A DNA stretch of 64,000 nucleotides from Candidatus Omnitrophota bacterium (lineage in GTDB: Bacteria; Omnitrophota; Gorgyraeia; Gygaellales; Profunditerraquicolaceae). Location: contig JAQUOV010000002.1 in the NCBI GenBank assembly GCA_028716965.1, positions 132,472 through 196,471 of the forward strand, read 5' to 3'. A program made the translations under genes and the position numbers. Each line of letters starts with the position of its first letter. The first letter of the stretch is position 1. The notes below the pieces were generated by a model. The model worked only from the letters and a program-made list of their open reading frames with translations. It did no database searches and had not been told where the DNA came from. Of the stretch, positions 29,825-38,462 are shown piece after piece.

Positions 29825-31063
29825 ATGGAATTTATCGCTGATTTTCATATTCATTCAAAATACTCCCGGGCAACCAGCCGTGATATGGATGTCAAGCACC
29901 TGGCAGAGTGGGCAAAGCTGAAAGGCATTACCCTTATGGGCACAGGGGATTTTACGCACCACCTCTGGCTGGAAGAATTAAAACATACATTAGAAGACTG
30001 CGCTAACGGTTTGTATAAATATGCGGGAGTGTATTTTATGCTCACGGCCGAAGTAAGCAGTATTTATTCCAAGAATGGGCGTACTTACCGCATCCATAAC
30101 TTAATCTTCAGCCCATCATTTAAAACCGTAGATAAAATAAACGAAAGATTAGGCAGGATCGGTAACCTGGCCAGTGACGGCCGGCCGATATTGGGCCTGG
30201 ATGCCGCGGAATTAGCGCGTATTGTCTTTGACATAGACGAAAACTGTATGATTGTACCCGGGCATATCTGGACGCCGTGGTTTTCCGTGTTTGGCTCTAT
30301 GTCTGGTTTTGACAGGATAGAAGACTGTTTTGAGTCGCAGACAGAAAAGATATTTGCGCTTGAGACCGGGCTTTCAAGCGATCCGACGATGAATTGGCGC
30401 CTGAGCGCTTTAGACAGGTTTACCTTGATCTCCAATAGCGATTCGCATTCTCCTTCCAGGATCGGCCGCGAAGCGAATGTCTTTAACTGCGAAATGGATT
30501 ACAAAACCATAAGGGAGGTTTTAAAAACCAAGGATAAAAAAAGATTTCTCTACACCATAGAATTTTTCCCGGAAGAAGGCAAATATCATTTTGACGGACA
30601 TAGGCTCTGTGGTATCCGCTGGTCTCCTGAAGAAACCAGGGCGCATAACGGAAAATGCCCTAAATGCGGTAAAAACGTAACCGTGGGGGTAGTTAACCGG
30701 GTGGAAAAATTGGCCGATCGCAAAGAAGGGTTTGTTCCGGATAACGCCATACCTTTTAAAAACCTTGTTTCGTTGGATCAAATAATCGCGGAGGCAAAAG
30801 GCGTGGCTAAAACCAGCATAGGAGTGGAAAGGGATTATCGTAGTTATTTGGCAAGCTTCGGCACGGAATTTGATATACTGATGCGTGCTTCCAGGGAGGA
30901 TTTGCTCAAAAAGCTTCCTCCTAAGGTTGTAGAAGGTGTTCTAAGGGCGCGGGCAGGAAAGGTAAATATAAAGCCCGGTTATGATGGGGAATATGGAGTA
31001 ATCTCAATATTTGATAAGGATTCCCCTGAAGATAAGCATGAACAGCAGCTTAAGTTATTTTAA
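29825..31063 (+). CDS. PHP-domain metal-dependent phosphoesterase with C4 zinc ribbon, endonuclease Q-like
   Basis: 412 aa. The N-terminal PHP motif is DFHIHSKYSRATS...GTGDFTHHLW, with internal SNSDSHSP...GREANVF. A GKYHFDGHRLC region is followed by a CPKCGK zinc ribbon and C-terminal GYDGEYGVISIF. This architecture matches the EndoQ family. Confidence 0.6.
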   Translation: MEFIADFHIHSKYSRATSRDMDVKHLAEWAKLKGITLMGTGDFTHHLWLEELKHTLEDCANGLYKYAGVYFMLTAEVSSIYSKNGRTYRIHNLIFSPSFKTVDKINERLGRIGNLASDGRPILGLDAAELARIVFDIDENCMIVPGHIWTPWFSVFGSMSGFDRIEDCFESQTEKIFALETGLSSDPTMNWRLSALDRFTLISNSDSHSPSRIGREANVFNCEMDYKTIREVLKTKDKKRFLYTIEFFPEEGKYHFDGHRLCGIRWSPEETRAHNGKCPKCGKNVTVGVVNRVEKLADRKEGFVPDNAIPFKNLVSLDQIIAEAKGVAKTSIGVERDYRSYLASFGTEFDILMRASREDLLKKLPPKVVEGVLRARAGKVNIKPGYDGEYGVISIFDKDSPEDKHEQQLKLF

Positions 31064-31095
31064 GGTGGCATTATTAAAAGACCTTTATGAATACC

Positions 31096-31167
31096 GCGCC
31101 TGTGGCCCAACGGATAAGGCACCAGCCTCCGGAGCTGGTGATGCAGGTTCAATTCCTGCCAGGCGCA
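31096..31167 (+). tRNA. tRNA-Arg (anticodon CCG)
   Basis: Acceptor GCGCCUG/CAGGCGC; anticodon stem CCAGC/GCUGG with loop CUCCGGA; T-arm GCAGGUUCAAUUCCUGC; discriminator A. Confidence 0.85.
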
Positions 31168-31180
31168 TAAATATGAGTGT

Positions 31181-31660
31181 ATGAAGAAAAATATAATATC
31201 AGTAATAGGTGGACATAATTCTACAGAGGAAGTGGAGCAGATTGCCATTAATTTAGGCAGAAAATTGGCAAAAGTGGTTGATGTTCTTGTGTCTGGAGGC
31301 CTAAGTGGTACAATGAAGGCAGTTTGCGCAGGTTTTAAAGCCAGCGGAGGCCTAACTATAGGAATTATCCCGAGTTACAATAAGAGAGATGCCAATGAAT
31401 TTGTAGATATTGTTATTCCTACGGGCCTTGGTTTAGCTAGAAATGTACTGGTAGTTAAAACTGCAGATGTAGTTGTGGCGCTTCCAGGTGAAGCAGGCAC
31501 TCTTTCTGAAATTGCTTATTGCCTGCAGTTCGGTATTCCCGTAATTAGTTTAGGGTCTTGGAATATTAAAGGAGTTATCAAAGTATCATCGGTTGATAAG
31601 GCAATTGATAAGATTAAAGAACTGCTGGGGAATACAGCTAAAAGAAAGGGCGTTTCTTAA
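31181..31660 (+). CDS. LOG/TIGR00725-family Rossmann-fold protein (lysine-decarboxylase-like)
   Basis: 159 aa with VIGGHNSTEE...VSGGLSGTMKAV...VALPGEAGTLSEI, the GGxGxMEA-like and PGGxGTxxE motifs of the LOG/SLOG family. Confidence 0.6.
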   Translation: MKKNIISVIGGHNSTEEVEQIAINLGRKLAKVVDVLVSGGLSGTMKAVCAGFKASGGLTIGIIPSYNKRDANEFVDIVIPTGLGLARNVLVVKTADVVVALPGEAGTLSEIAYCLQFGIPVISLGSWNIKGVIKVSSVDKAIDKIKELLGNTAKRKGVS

Positions 31661-31662
31661 GA

Positions 31663-33261
31663 ATGAGAAAAAGAGTGGTTATCTTAGGAGGAGGGCCGAA
31701 TAGAATAGGCCAGGGTATTGAGTTTGATTATTGCTGTTGTCATGCCGCCTACGCGCTTAAAGAGGAAGGGGTAGACAGCATTATGGTCAACTGTAACCCG
31801 GAGACAGTCTCTACCGATTATGATACCTCCGACAGGCTCTATTTTGAACCTCTCACTTTTGAAGATATCATGAATATTATTGAATTGGAGAAACCGATTG
31901 GGGTGATCGTGCAGTTTGGCGGCCAGACCCCGATTAACCTGGCAGTAGCCTTAAGAGGTGCAGGGGTGAACATCCTGGGGACCAGCTCTGAAAGTATTGA
32001 TATCGCAGAAGACCGCAAACGGTTCAAACAGATGATTGATAAGTTGGGACTTTTGCAGCCGAATAGCGGCACGGTATTTACATTTGACGAGGCAAAGAAA
32101 GTAGCCGCTAATATCGGATACCCCGTTTTAGTCAGGCCGTCATATGTGTTGGGCGGACGGGCTATGGAGATCGTCTATGACGCAGAAGTATTGGAGAGGT
32201 TTATTAAGGAGGCAGCCGAGGTATCCGGTGAGCACCCCATATTGATAGATAAATTCCTCGAGGATGCTATTGAAGTGGATGTTGATTTAATCGGAGACGG
32301 CCAAACTTTCGTCATCGGCGGGATCATGGAACATATTGAACAAGCGGGAGTGCACTCAGGAGATGCGGCAATGTCGCTTCCCAGTTACACTTTATCGCCG
32401 GATATTTTAAGAGATATAAGAGAAGCTACCTATGCTTTGGCCAAGGAGCTCAATATTGCCGGCTTAATGAATGTGCAGTATGCGGTTAAAGATGCCAGAG
32501 TTTATATATTGGAGGTTAACCCCCGCGCCTCACGCACCGTGCCCCTGGTTTCTAAAGTTATCGGGGTGCCTTTGGCAAAACTGGCAACCAAGGTTATGCT
32601 GGGCAGGAAGCTTAAAGATCTGGGTTTCACCGAAGAGGTAATCCCCCGGCATGTGGCAGTTAAAGAATCGGTTTTTCCTTTTAACCGTTTCCCGGGTGTA
32701 GATGTAATGCTTGGTCCGGAGATGAAATCTACCGGAGAGGTGATGGGTATTGACAAGGATTTTTCCAGCGCTTATATAAAGAGCCAGATTGCCGCCGGGC
32801 AGAAGATCCCTAAGAAAGGGAACGTATTTATCTCCGTGCATGACCGGGACAAAAGGGATGTAATTTCTATTGCCAAGAAGTTAAAGGACCTGGGATTTAA
32901 GATCTTTGCTTCAAGCGGCACGGCATCTGTTTTGAAAAAGAATAATATTCCGGCTAAAGTGCTGCCGAAAATCACCGAGGGCAGGCCGAATATACTGGAC
33001 TTAATGAAAGACGGTAAGATTCAAATGGTGATTAATACACCTTCGGGCAGGATCCCCAGGCAGGATGAGGTAAAAATCCGTTCACAGGTGATTCTTTATA
33101 ACATACCTTATACTACTACCATCTTTGGAGCACAGGCAACGGTAAACGGGATCGAGATGTTCATGAAAAAAGACTTAGGCGTAAAATCATTGCAGGAGTA
33201 CCATAAGATTAAGGGCAGGAAAGTCAAACAGGATAAAACGTGCCGGAACTTCCCGAAGTAG
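31663..33261 (+). CDS. carB: Carbamoyl-phosphate synthase large chain, C-terminal half as a stand-alone ORF
   Basis: 532 aa beginning RVVILGGGPNRIGQGIEFDYCCCHAAYALKEEGVDSIMVNCNPETVSTDYDTSDRLYFEPLT, the start of the second ATP-grasp repeat. It ends with the MGS-like domain (KGNVFISVHDRDKRD...). No N-terminal half or carA is present in the window. Confidence 0.85.
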   Translation: MRKRVVILGGGPNRIGQGIEFDYCCCHAAYALKEEGVDSIMVNCNPETVSTDYDTSDRLYFEPLTFEDIMNIIELEKPIGVIVQFGGQTPINLAVALRGAGVNILGTSSESIDIAEDRKRFKQMIDKLGLLQPNSGTVFTFDEAKKVAANIGYPVLVRPSYVLGGRAMEIVYDAEVLERFIKEAAEVSGEHPILIDKFLEDAIEVDVDLIGDGQTFVIGGIMEHIEQAGVHSGDAAMSLPSYTLSPDILRDIREATYALAKELNIAGLMNVQYAVKDARVYILEVNPRASRTVPLVSKVIGVPLAKLATKVMLGRKLKDLGFTEEVIPRHVAVKESVFPFNRFPGVDVMLGPEMKSTGEVMGIDKDFSSAYIKSQIAAGQKIPKKGNVFISVHDRDKRDVISIAKKLKDLGFKIFASSGTASVLKKNNIPAKVLPKITEGRPNILDLMKDGKIQMVINTPSGRIPRQDEVKIRSQVILYNIPYTTTIFGAQATVNGIEMFMKKDLGVKSLQEYHKIKGRKVKQDKTCRNFPK

Positions 33262-34058
33262 AGACAATAAAAAGAGATTTACAAAAGGTAATCTTGGGCA
33301 GGAAAATCACCAAGGTTTGTATATATAACCCGGCGGTAATACGCCAGCCTCTGCCTTCGGCATTTAAAAAACACCTTAAAGGGTTGGTTGTAAAGACAAT
33401 CCTGCGCCGAGGGAAGCTTTTAATTTTAGAGTTATCTAACGGATCAGCCTTGACTGTGCATTTAAGGATGACAGGACAGTTAGTGCTCGGCCAAAAGCCG
33501 GGCAATCCAGGAGGTTCCAAGGCCAGCCGGGTAACTTTTCATCTGTCCGGAGGCAGGATTTTAGATTTTAATGATCAGCGTTTGTTCGGAGAGTTGCGTT
33601 TGGTTGATGACTGGAGGAAGATAAAATTCATCCAGGGGCTTGGTCCTGAACCATTTGATCTAACTTATAGTGATTTCAAGGATATGTTTTCTAAGAAGAA
33701 AACCAAGATCAAGCCTTTACTGATGGATCAGTCGTTTATCGCCGGCATCGGCAATCTTTATGCCGCGGAGATTTTGTTCTGCGCCAGAGTTGATCCGCGC
33801 AGGCAAGCGCGAAGTTTGACAGAGGGAGAAAAACAAGCTATATATAGGGAAACCAAAAAGGTGTTAAAGAGTGCGATTGCGCATGGAGGTTCTTCGATTG
33901 ATGATTACGTGCGCCTTTCCGGCAAGCCGGGAGATTATCGTAAGTTCCACCGTGTTTACGGCAGGCAGGGCAAGCCCTGTTTTGTCTGTAAGGGCTTGAT
34001 TAAAAAGATTAACCAGGGAGGAAGAGGCACTTATTTTTGCCCAAAGTGCCAGAAGTAG
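33240..34058 (+). CDS. mutM: Formamidopyrimidine-DNA glycosylase
   Basis: 272 aa beginning MPELPEVETIKRDL (catalytic Pro2/Glu3), with H2TH and a C-terminal zinc finger CFVCKGLIKKINQGGRGTYFCPKCQK. It overlaps the carB end by 22 nt. Confidence 0.9.
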   Translation: MPELPEVETIKRDLQKVILGRKITKVCIYNPAVIRQPLPSAFKKHLKGLVVKTILRRGKLLILELSNGSALTVHLRMTGQLVLGQKPGNPGGSKASRVTFHLSGGRILDFNDQRLFGELRLVDDWRKIKFIQGLGPEPFDLTYSDFKDMFSKKKTKIKPLLMDQSFIAGIGNLYAAEILFCARVDPRRQARSLTEGEKQAIYRETKKVLKSAIAHGGSSIDDYVRLSGKPGDYRKFHRVYGRQGKPCFVCKGLIKKINQGGRGTYFCPKCQK

Positions 34059-34105
34059 TATTCCGTCAAACGAAAACCCCTTGTTTCATAAAATGACCTT
34101 CTCAA

Positions 34106-34813
34106 ATGAAAAAACGCCTTAAAATTAACGGAATTATCATGGGTTGCGCGGCAATTGTCGTCGTGTTTTTCCCAAAGTTTTTCTTTCGTAATAATATTAA
34201 CGGCGGCATGGAAGAATATATAGAGACCTTAGGGTTTGCTCTTATCCTGCTGGGGCAAATAATCCGCGTTTCTGCCCGCGGGTATAAAGCGGAACACTCC
34301 CGTGAAAGCCAGGCATTAATACAAGGCGGGCCATACCAGGTAGTGCGTAATCCGATGTACCTGGGGATATTTCTGATCGGCTTAGGCGTAGTGTTGGCGG
34401 TGTTCAAGTGGTGGGCGGCGGTAATCTTTATCATAGTTTTTATTATCCGTTATATCCTGCTTATATATAAGGAGGAAAAGAAACTCTTGGCCGTGTTTCC
34501 CGAATCATACAAAAAATATTGCCAGAAGATGCCGCGTATTCTGCCATCGTTATCTAGAATGACAAGTTTAGATATCAGCGAGTATTTACCTATAAAGCTA
34601 ATTTGGTTTAAAAAAGAAATCGGTTCAATTTTGACGCTTCTTTTACTGGTTTTATTGGTGGAATCCTGGGAGGGTATTTCCAGGCAGGGGCTTATGGCAT
34701 ATCTTAACCAGGCCGTATGGCTATTGTTGACCTTTATTTTATTTATCATTTTTGTAATTTTACTCAGCATCCGGACATATAAAAAAGATGGAAACAGCGT
34801 TGTTAAAGGTTAG
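34106..34813 (+). CDS. Isoprenylcysteine carboxyl methyltransferase (ICMT/PEMT) family membrane protein
   Basis: 235 aa, polytopic, with LIQGGPYQVVRNPMYLGIFL...EEKKLLAVFPESYKKYCQKMPR, the ICMT/phospholipid methyltransferase signature. Confidence 0.6.
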   Translation: MKKRLKINGIIMGCAAIVVVFFPKFFFRNNINGGMEEYIETLGFALILLGQIIRVSARGYKAEHSRESQALIQGGPYQVVRNPMYLGIFLIGLGVVLAVFKWWAAVIFIIVFIIRYILLIYKEEKKLLAVFPESYKKYCQKMPRILPSLSRMTSLDISEYLPIKLIWFKKEIGSILTLLLLVLLVESWEGISRQGLMAYLNQAVWLLLTFILFIIFVILLSIRTYKKDGNSVVKG

Positions 34814-35573
34814 GGTAATCTCAAATAAAAAACTTAAATGCAATTATTGGCATTTAGAGTTTGAGTGCGGTATGATTGCCAGGAATGCCAGGCCCGGGCA
34901 GTTTGTAGAGGTTAAGGTTAATCATCTTATGGATCCATTATTAAGGAGGCCTCTTAGTATCCATGGCGTAAGCGGAACAAGGGTTAGGATTATTTATGAA
35001 GTTATCGGCAAGGGCACACAGATTTTATCCGAGCAAGGCCCAGGTGTTTTTCTGGATGTTATCGGACCGCTGGGCAAAGGTTTTGAATATGGTCAGATAA
35101 CTAATAAAGCAGATAAGCAAAAAAATATTTTGGTCGCAGGAGGCATGGGGGTAGCCCCGTTGGTTTTCCTTGCGCAGAGAATGAAAGGCAGCAGGCCGCT
35201 GGTTCTCATTGGAGCCAAGACAAAAGAACATATTCTTTGTGAAAAAGAATTTAAGAGTTTGGGGTGCAAAATAAAGATCGCCACTGACGACGGCAGCCGC
35301 GGATTCAAAGGAAGGGTTACAGATCTTTTAAAGGATTTGCTGTCAACTGTCAACTGTCAACTGTCAACTATATATGCCTGCGGCCCGCAGCCAATGCTAA
35401 AAGCTGTTGCCCGGATTTCTTGTGAAAATAACCTTGCCAGCCAACTTTCGCTGGAAAGGCATATGGCGTGCGGATTCGGCGCTTGTTTAGGATGTGTTGT
35501 GTCTACTAAATCCGGATATAAAAGAGTTTGTAAGGATGGCCCGGTTTTTGCGGGCGAGGAGCTGACTTGGTAA
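34788..35573 (+). CDS. pyrK: Dihydroorotate dehydrogenase electron transfer subunit
   Basis: 261 aa with an FAD/NAD-binding ferredoxin-reductase fold and a C-terminal 2Fe-2S motif CGFGACLGCVV. It sits upstream of pyrD. Confidence 0.85.
   Translation: METALLKVRVISNKKLKCNYWHLEFECGMIARNARPGQFVEVKVNHLMDPLLRRPLSIHGVSGTRVRIIYEVIGKGTQILSEQGPGVFLDVIGPLGKGFEYGQITNKADKQKNILVAGGMGVAPLVFLAQRMKGSRPLVLIGAKTKEHILCEKEFKSLGCKIKIATDDGSRGFKGRVTDLLKDLLSTVNCQLSTIYACGPQPMLKAVARISCENNLASQLSLERHMACGFGACLGCVVSTKSGYKRVCKDGPVFAGEELTW
35340..35367 (+). repeat. Heptanucleotide tandem repeat (CTGTCAA)x4 inside pyrK
   Basis: Four exact tandem copies of ctgtcaa, read directly from the sequence. They encode LSTVNCQLST. Confidence 0.9.
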
Positions 35574-36502
35574 AGAAGCCCGGACCAGATTTAAGTGTAA
35601 AGATAGGAAGTCTGCATTTAAAGAACCCTGTAATGGTTGCTTCCGGGACTTTCGGTTACGCCGAGGAGTTCAACGGCCTCCTGGATTTAAAAAAGCTGGG
35701 TGCTATTGTTACTAAAACCATCACCATTAAGCCCCGGCAGGGCAATCTCCCTCCGCGGACCTGTGAAACTCCTTCTGGAATGCTTAATTCCATCGGCCTG
35801 GAAAACCCCGGCATAGATAAATTTATTGGAGACAAGCTTCCCTTTTTGAAAAAGCTGGGTATCCCGATCATTATTAGTATTGCCTCCGAAGATGATCCCG
35901 GGGAATTTTGCATTCTGGCGGAGAGGCTGGATAAAATAAGCGCGATCTCCGCAATCGAACTGAATATCTCCTGCCCTAATCTGCAGAAGAATAAGTTGAT
36001 CTCTCAAGATGCCAGGGAAACTTTTGCTTTAATCAGCGCACTGCGCAAACTTACCCGAAAATGCTTAATCACTAAACTTTCTCCCAATGTAACTTCCATC
36101 TCGGATATTGCTTTGGCCGCGCAGGAGGCAGGAAGCGATGCCGTGGCTTTAATCAACACACTTGCCGGTATGAGCATAGATGTACATAAGCGCACGCCAA
36201 AACTCGGATCCTGGTCTGGAGGCTTAAGCGGGCCGGCAATCAGGCCGGTAGCGGTGAAGATGGTTTGGGATGTTTATAACAAGATTAAGATTCCCATTAT
36301 CGGCATGGGTGGTATAATGGATACAGAAAGCGCCCTGGAGTTTTTTCTCGCCGGCGCTACTGCTATCAGTGTGGGAACCGCAAACTTCATTAACCCGGGA
36401 ATAAGCCTTGATATTATCTCCGGGTTAGAAAAATATATGGCAGATGGCGGCATCCAGAGTTTGAGTAATATTATCGGAAAGTTAAAAGAATGCAAAGATT
36501 AA
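35567..36502 (+). CDS. pyrD: Dihydroorotate dehydrogenase catalytic subunit (class 1B)
   Basis: 311 aa with NPVMVASGTFGY...NSIGLENPG...NISCPN...GGI....ALEF. Confidence 0.9.
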   Translation: MVKKPGPDLSVKIGSLHLKNPVMVASGTFGYAEEFNGLLDLKKLGAIVTKTITIKPRQGNLPPRTCETPSGMLNSIGLENPGIDKFIGDKLPFLKKLGIPIIISIASEDDPGEFCILAERLDKISAISAIELNISCPNLQKNKLISQDARETFALISALRKLTRKCLITKLSPNVTSISDIALAAQEAGSDAVALINTLAGMSIDVHKRTPKLGSWSGGLSGPAIRPVAVKMVWDVYNKIKIPIIGMGGIMDTESALEFFLAGATAISVGTANFINPGISLDIISGLEKYMADGGIQSLSNIIGKLKECKD

Positions 36503-37263
36503 ATAGTCCTGCCCAGCTAAAAGCCTGCGGCACTCACCCTGTTTTACCGGGAGCGGCAGGATTTCGCCAGAGAAAAGCTTGTGCTGCTCAACTCGTACTT
36601 GCCCTGGATGTGGATACAATAGGGGAGGCTAAAAGGCTTCTGGATAGCCTATACCCAAAGATAAGAGTCTTTAAAGTGGGCAGCCACCTTTTTACTGCCT
36701 ATGGCCCCAAGGTCATTGAAATGTTGCACAAAAAAGGTGCAGAGGTTTTTTTGGATCTCAAGTACTTTGATATTCCTAATACTGTGGCCAAAGCGGTGGC
36801 TTCGGCAGTGCGGCAAAAAGTGAAAATGCTTACTTTGCATATTTCTGGAGGTAAGGAGATGCTGGAGGCTGCTGTTGCTTCGGCAAGGCAGCAGGCAAAA
36901 GATGCTAAAGTAACCAGACCTCTGTTAATAGGGGTTACGATTTTAACCAGTAAAGAAGCAAAAACAGAAGAGGTGTTGGCACTTGCAAAAACAGGGATTG
37001 ATTGTGGATTAGACGGCGTAGTTTGCTCAGTCAGTGAAGCTGCTGTTTTGCGGAGAAAGATAAAAAATAATTTTATTATTGTGACCCCGGGCATCAGATT
37101 AAATGATTGTGTTCAGGATGACCAAAAAAGGATAGCTAGTGTAAGCCAGGCAGTAAAAGCAGGGAGTGATTTTTTAGTGATCGGTCGACCGATTTTAAAG
37201 GCAGATAATCCTCTGGCGAAAACGGAGGAACTTTTAGGAGATTTATCCCGTCTTCGCAGATAA
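36490..37263 (+). CDS. pyrF: Orotidine 5'-phosphate decarboxylase
   Basis: 257 aa with LVLALDV...FKVGSHLF...FLDLKYFDIPNTV. The annotated N-terminal ~30 aa may be an extension; the true start is uncertain. Confidence 0.85.
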   Translation: MQRLNSPAQLKACGTHPVLPGAAGFRQRKACAAQLVLALDVDTIGEAKRLLDSLYPKIRVFKVGSHLFTAYGPKVIEMLHKKGAEVFLDLKYFDIPNTVAKAVASAVRQKVKMLTLHISGGKEMLEAAVASARQQAKDAKVTRPLLIGVTILTSKEAKTEEVLALAKTGIDCGLDGVVCSVSEAAVLRRKIKNNFIIVTPGIRLNDCVQDDQKRIASVSQAVKAGSDFLVIGRPILKADNPLAKTEELLGDLSRLRR

Positions 37264-37322
37264 CTATGAAAAAACCTGCTTGACGGGATGTCGCTAAATA
37301 AGAATATTAGGGGGTGTTTCAT

Positions 37323-37925
37323 ATGGCGCAGGAAATTAAAGATTTGATTGACAGAATACAGCAGGAAGGGGTAATGGCGGCTGAAAATCAGGCAGCGCGG
37401 ATAAAAACCGAAGCAGAATCTTTAGCCCAAAAAATAGTCGCAGAAGCAAAGAAGCAGGCTGAGAAGATTATCGAACAGGCCAACTCCGAGGCGAAGAAAT
37501 TGGATGACTCTACTAATGCTTCTTTAAAGCAGGCAGGCAGGGACCTGCTGATTAGCTTAAGGAAGGAAATCAATTCCATGCTTGATAGATTGGTTAAGCT
37601 GAATATACACCAGTCTTTGACCATAGAGGAGCTAACCAGAATTATCAGGGACTTGATTAAGAATGCGCCGCTTTCCTCAGACAGCCAAATCGTCATTTCC
37701 CTCCCCCAGCAAGATAAGGAGAAAATAGAAAAGGGGTTTTTGAAACAGTTGGCGGAGGAGGTTAAAAAACAGGTAATCTTAAAATCTTCCGATGAAATAG
37801 ATAGCGGGTTTATCATCAGTTTTGATTCCGGAAAGTCAACGTTTGATTTTAGCGATCAGGCTTTAGCGGAGTATATATCAGGATCCCTAAGGCCCGAACT
37901 AAACAAGTTTTTAAAATCAGAATAA
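37323..37925 (+). CDS. atpE: V-type ATP synthase subunit E
   Basis: N-terminal Ala/Glu/Lys-rich coiled coil (AQEIKDLIDRIQQEGV...AEAKKQAEKII) and C-terminal globular domain. The ATG at 37323 follows the GGGGG RBS. The track ORF starts at an upstream GTG at 37314. Confidence 0.7.
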   Translation: MAQEIKDLIDRIQQEGVMAAENQAARIKTEAESLAQKIVAEAKKQAEKIIEQANSEAKKLDDSTNASLKQAGRDLLISLRKEINSMLDRLVKLNIHQSLTIEELTRIIRDLIKNAPLSSDSQIVISLPQQDKEKIEKGFLKQLAEEVKKQVILKSSDEIDSGFIISFDSGKSTFDFSDQALAEYISGSLRPELNKFLKSE

Positions 37926-38462
37926 ATGGGAGCTTATTATACATATTTAATCTCCAGCCTGCCGATGCTTAACTTTTCTTCTCCTGTCCCTTTTAGTCCG
38001 GAAGAGTTCCTTGCAAAATGCAATGGTTTAATTCCGGAAAGAGAGATTGAGCTTTTGCGCAATGCATGTTATGAAGATACATCTTTCTTAAATACAGCGC
38101 CGGATGCAACAGGCATATTGTCAAGATGGTCCGGTTTTGAGGTAGCTTTAAGAAATGAATTGGCCCGCCTCCGGGCTAGGCGTAAAAAGATAGATGCTTC
38201 AAAATTCATCCGTCTTCCTGATAATCCCGAAGCATCTATCAGCCATGTGGCTATGGCCGCTTATAGAAGCACGGCTATATTGGAAGCGGAAAAGGTATTG
38301 GACCAATCCAGGTGGGGTTTTCTGGAATCCTTAAGCCTCGGACATTATTTTGACTTTGATTTTCTTCTGATTTATCTTTTAAAGCTGAAGATTTTGGACC
38401 GCTGGGATAAAGTGCAGAAGGCGGATAAAGAACATTTATTTAATCAGGTAGTTGCAAGCTGA
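37926..38462 (+). CDS. Hypothetical protein in V-ATPase operon (DUF2764-like position, as in Chlamydia/Treponema atp operons)
   Basis: 178-aa ORF between atpE and atpA, the slot occupied by the DUF2764 protein in chlamydial and spirochaetal V-ATPase operons. It is too short for a canonical subunit C(d). Confidence 0.4.
   Translation: MGAYYTYLISSLPMLNFSSPVPFSPEEFLAKCNGLIPEREIELLRNACYEDTSFLNTAPDATGILSRWSGFEVALRNELARLRARRKKIDASKFIRLPDNPEASISHVAMAAYRSTAILEAEKVLDQSRWGFLESLSLGHYFDFDFLLIYLLKLKILDRWDKVQKADKEHLFNQVVAS

Noticed and set aside
31060-31248. 62-aa minus-strand ORF
   Set aside because: It overlaps the tRNA-Arg gene and the start of the LOG-family gene.
37280-37308. TTGACG-17-AATATT promoter-like element before the V-ATPase operon
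   Set aside because: The -10 element abuts the Gly-rich RBS and start codon, so the implied transcription start would fall after the RBS. It may still be a promoter if the transcript is leaderless from the GTG at 37314, but this is ambiguous.
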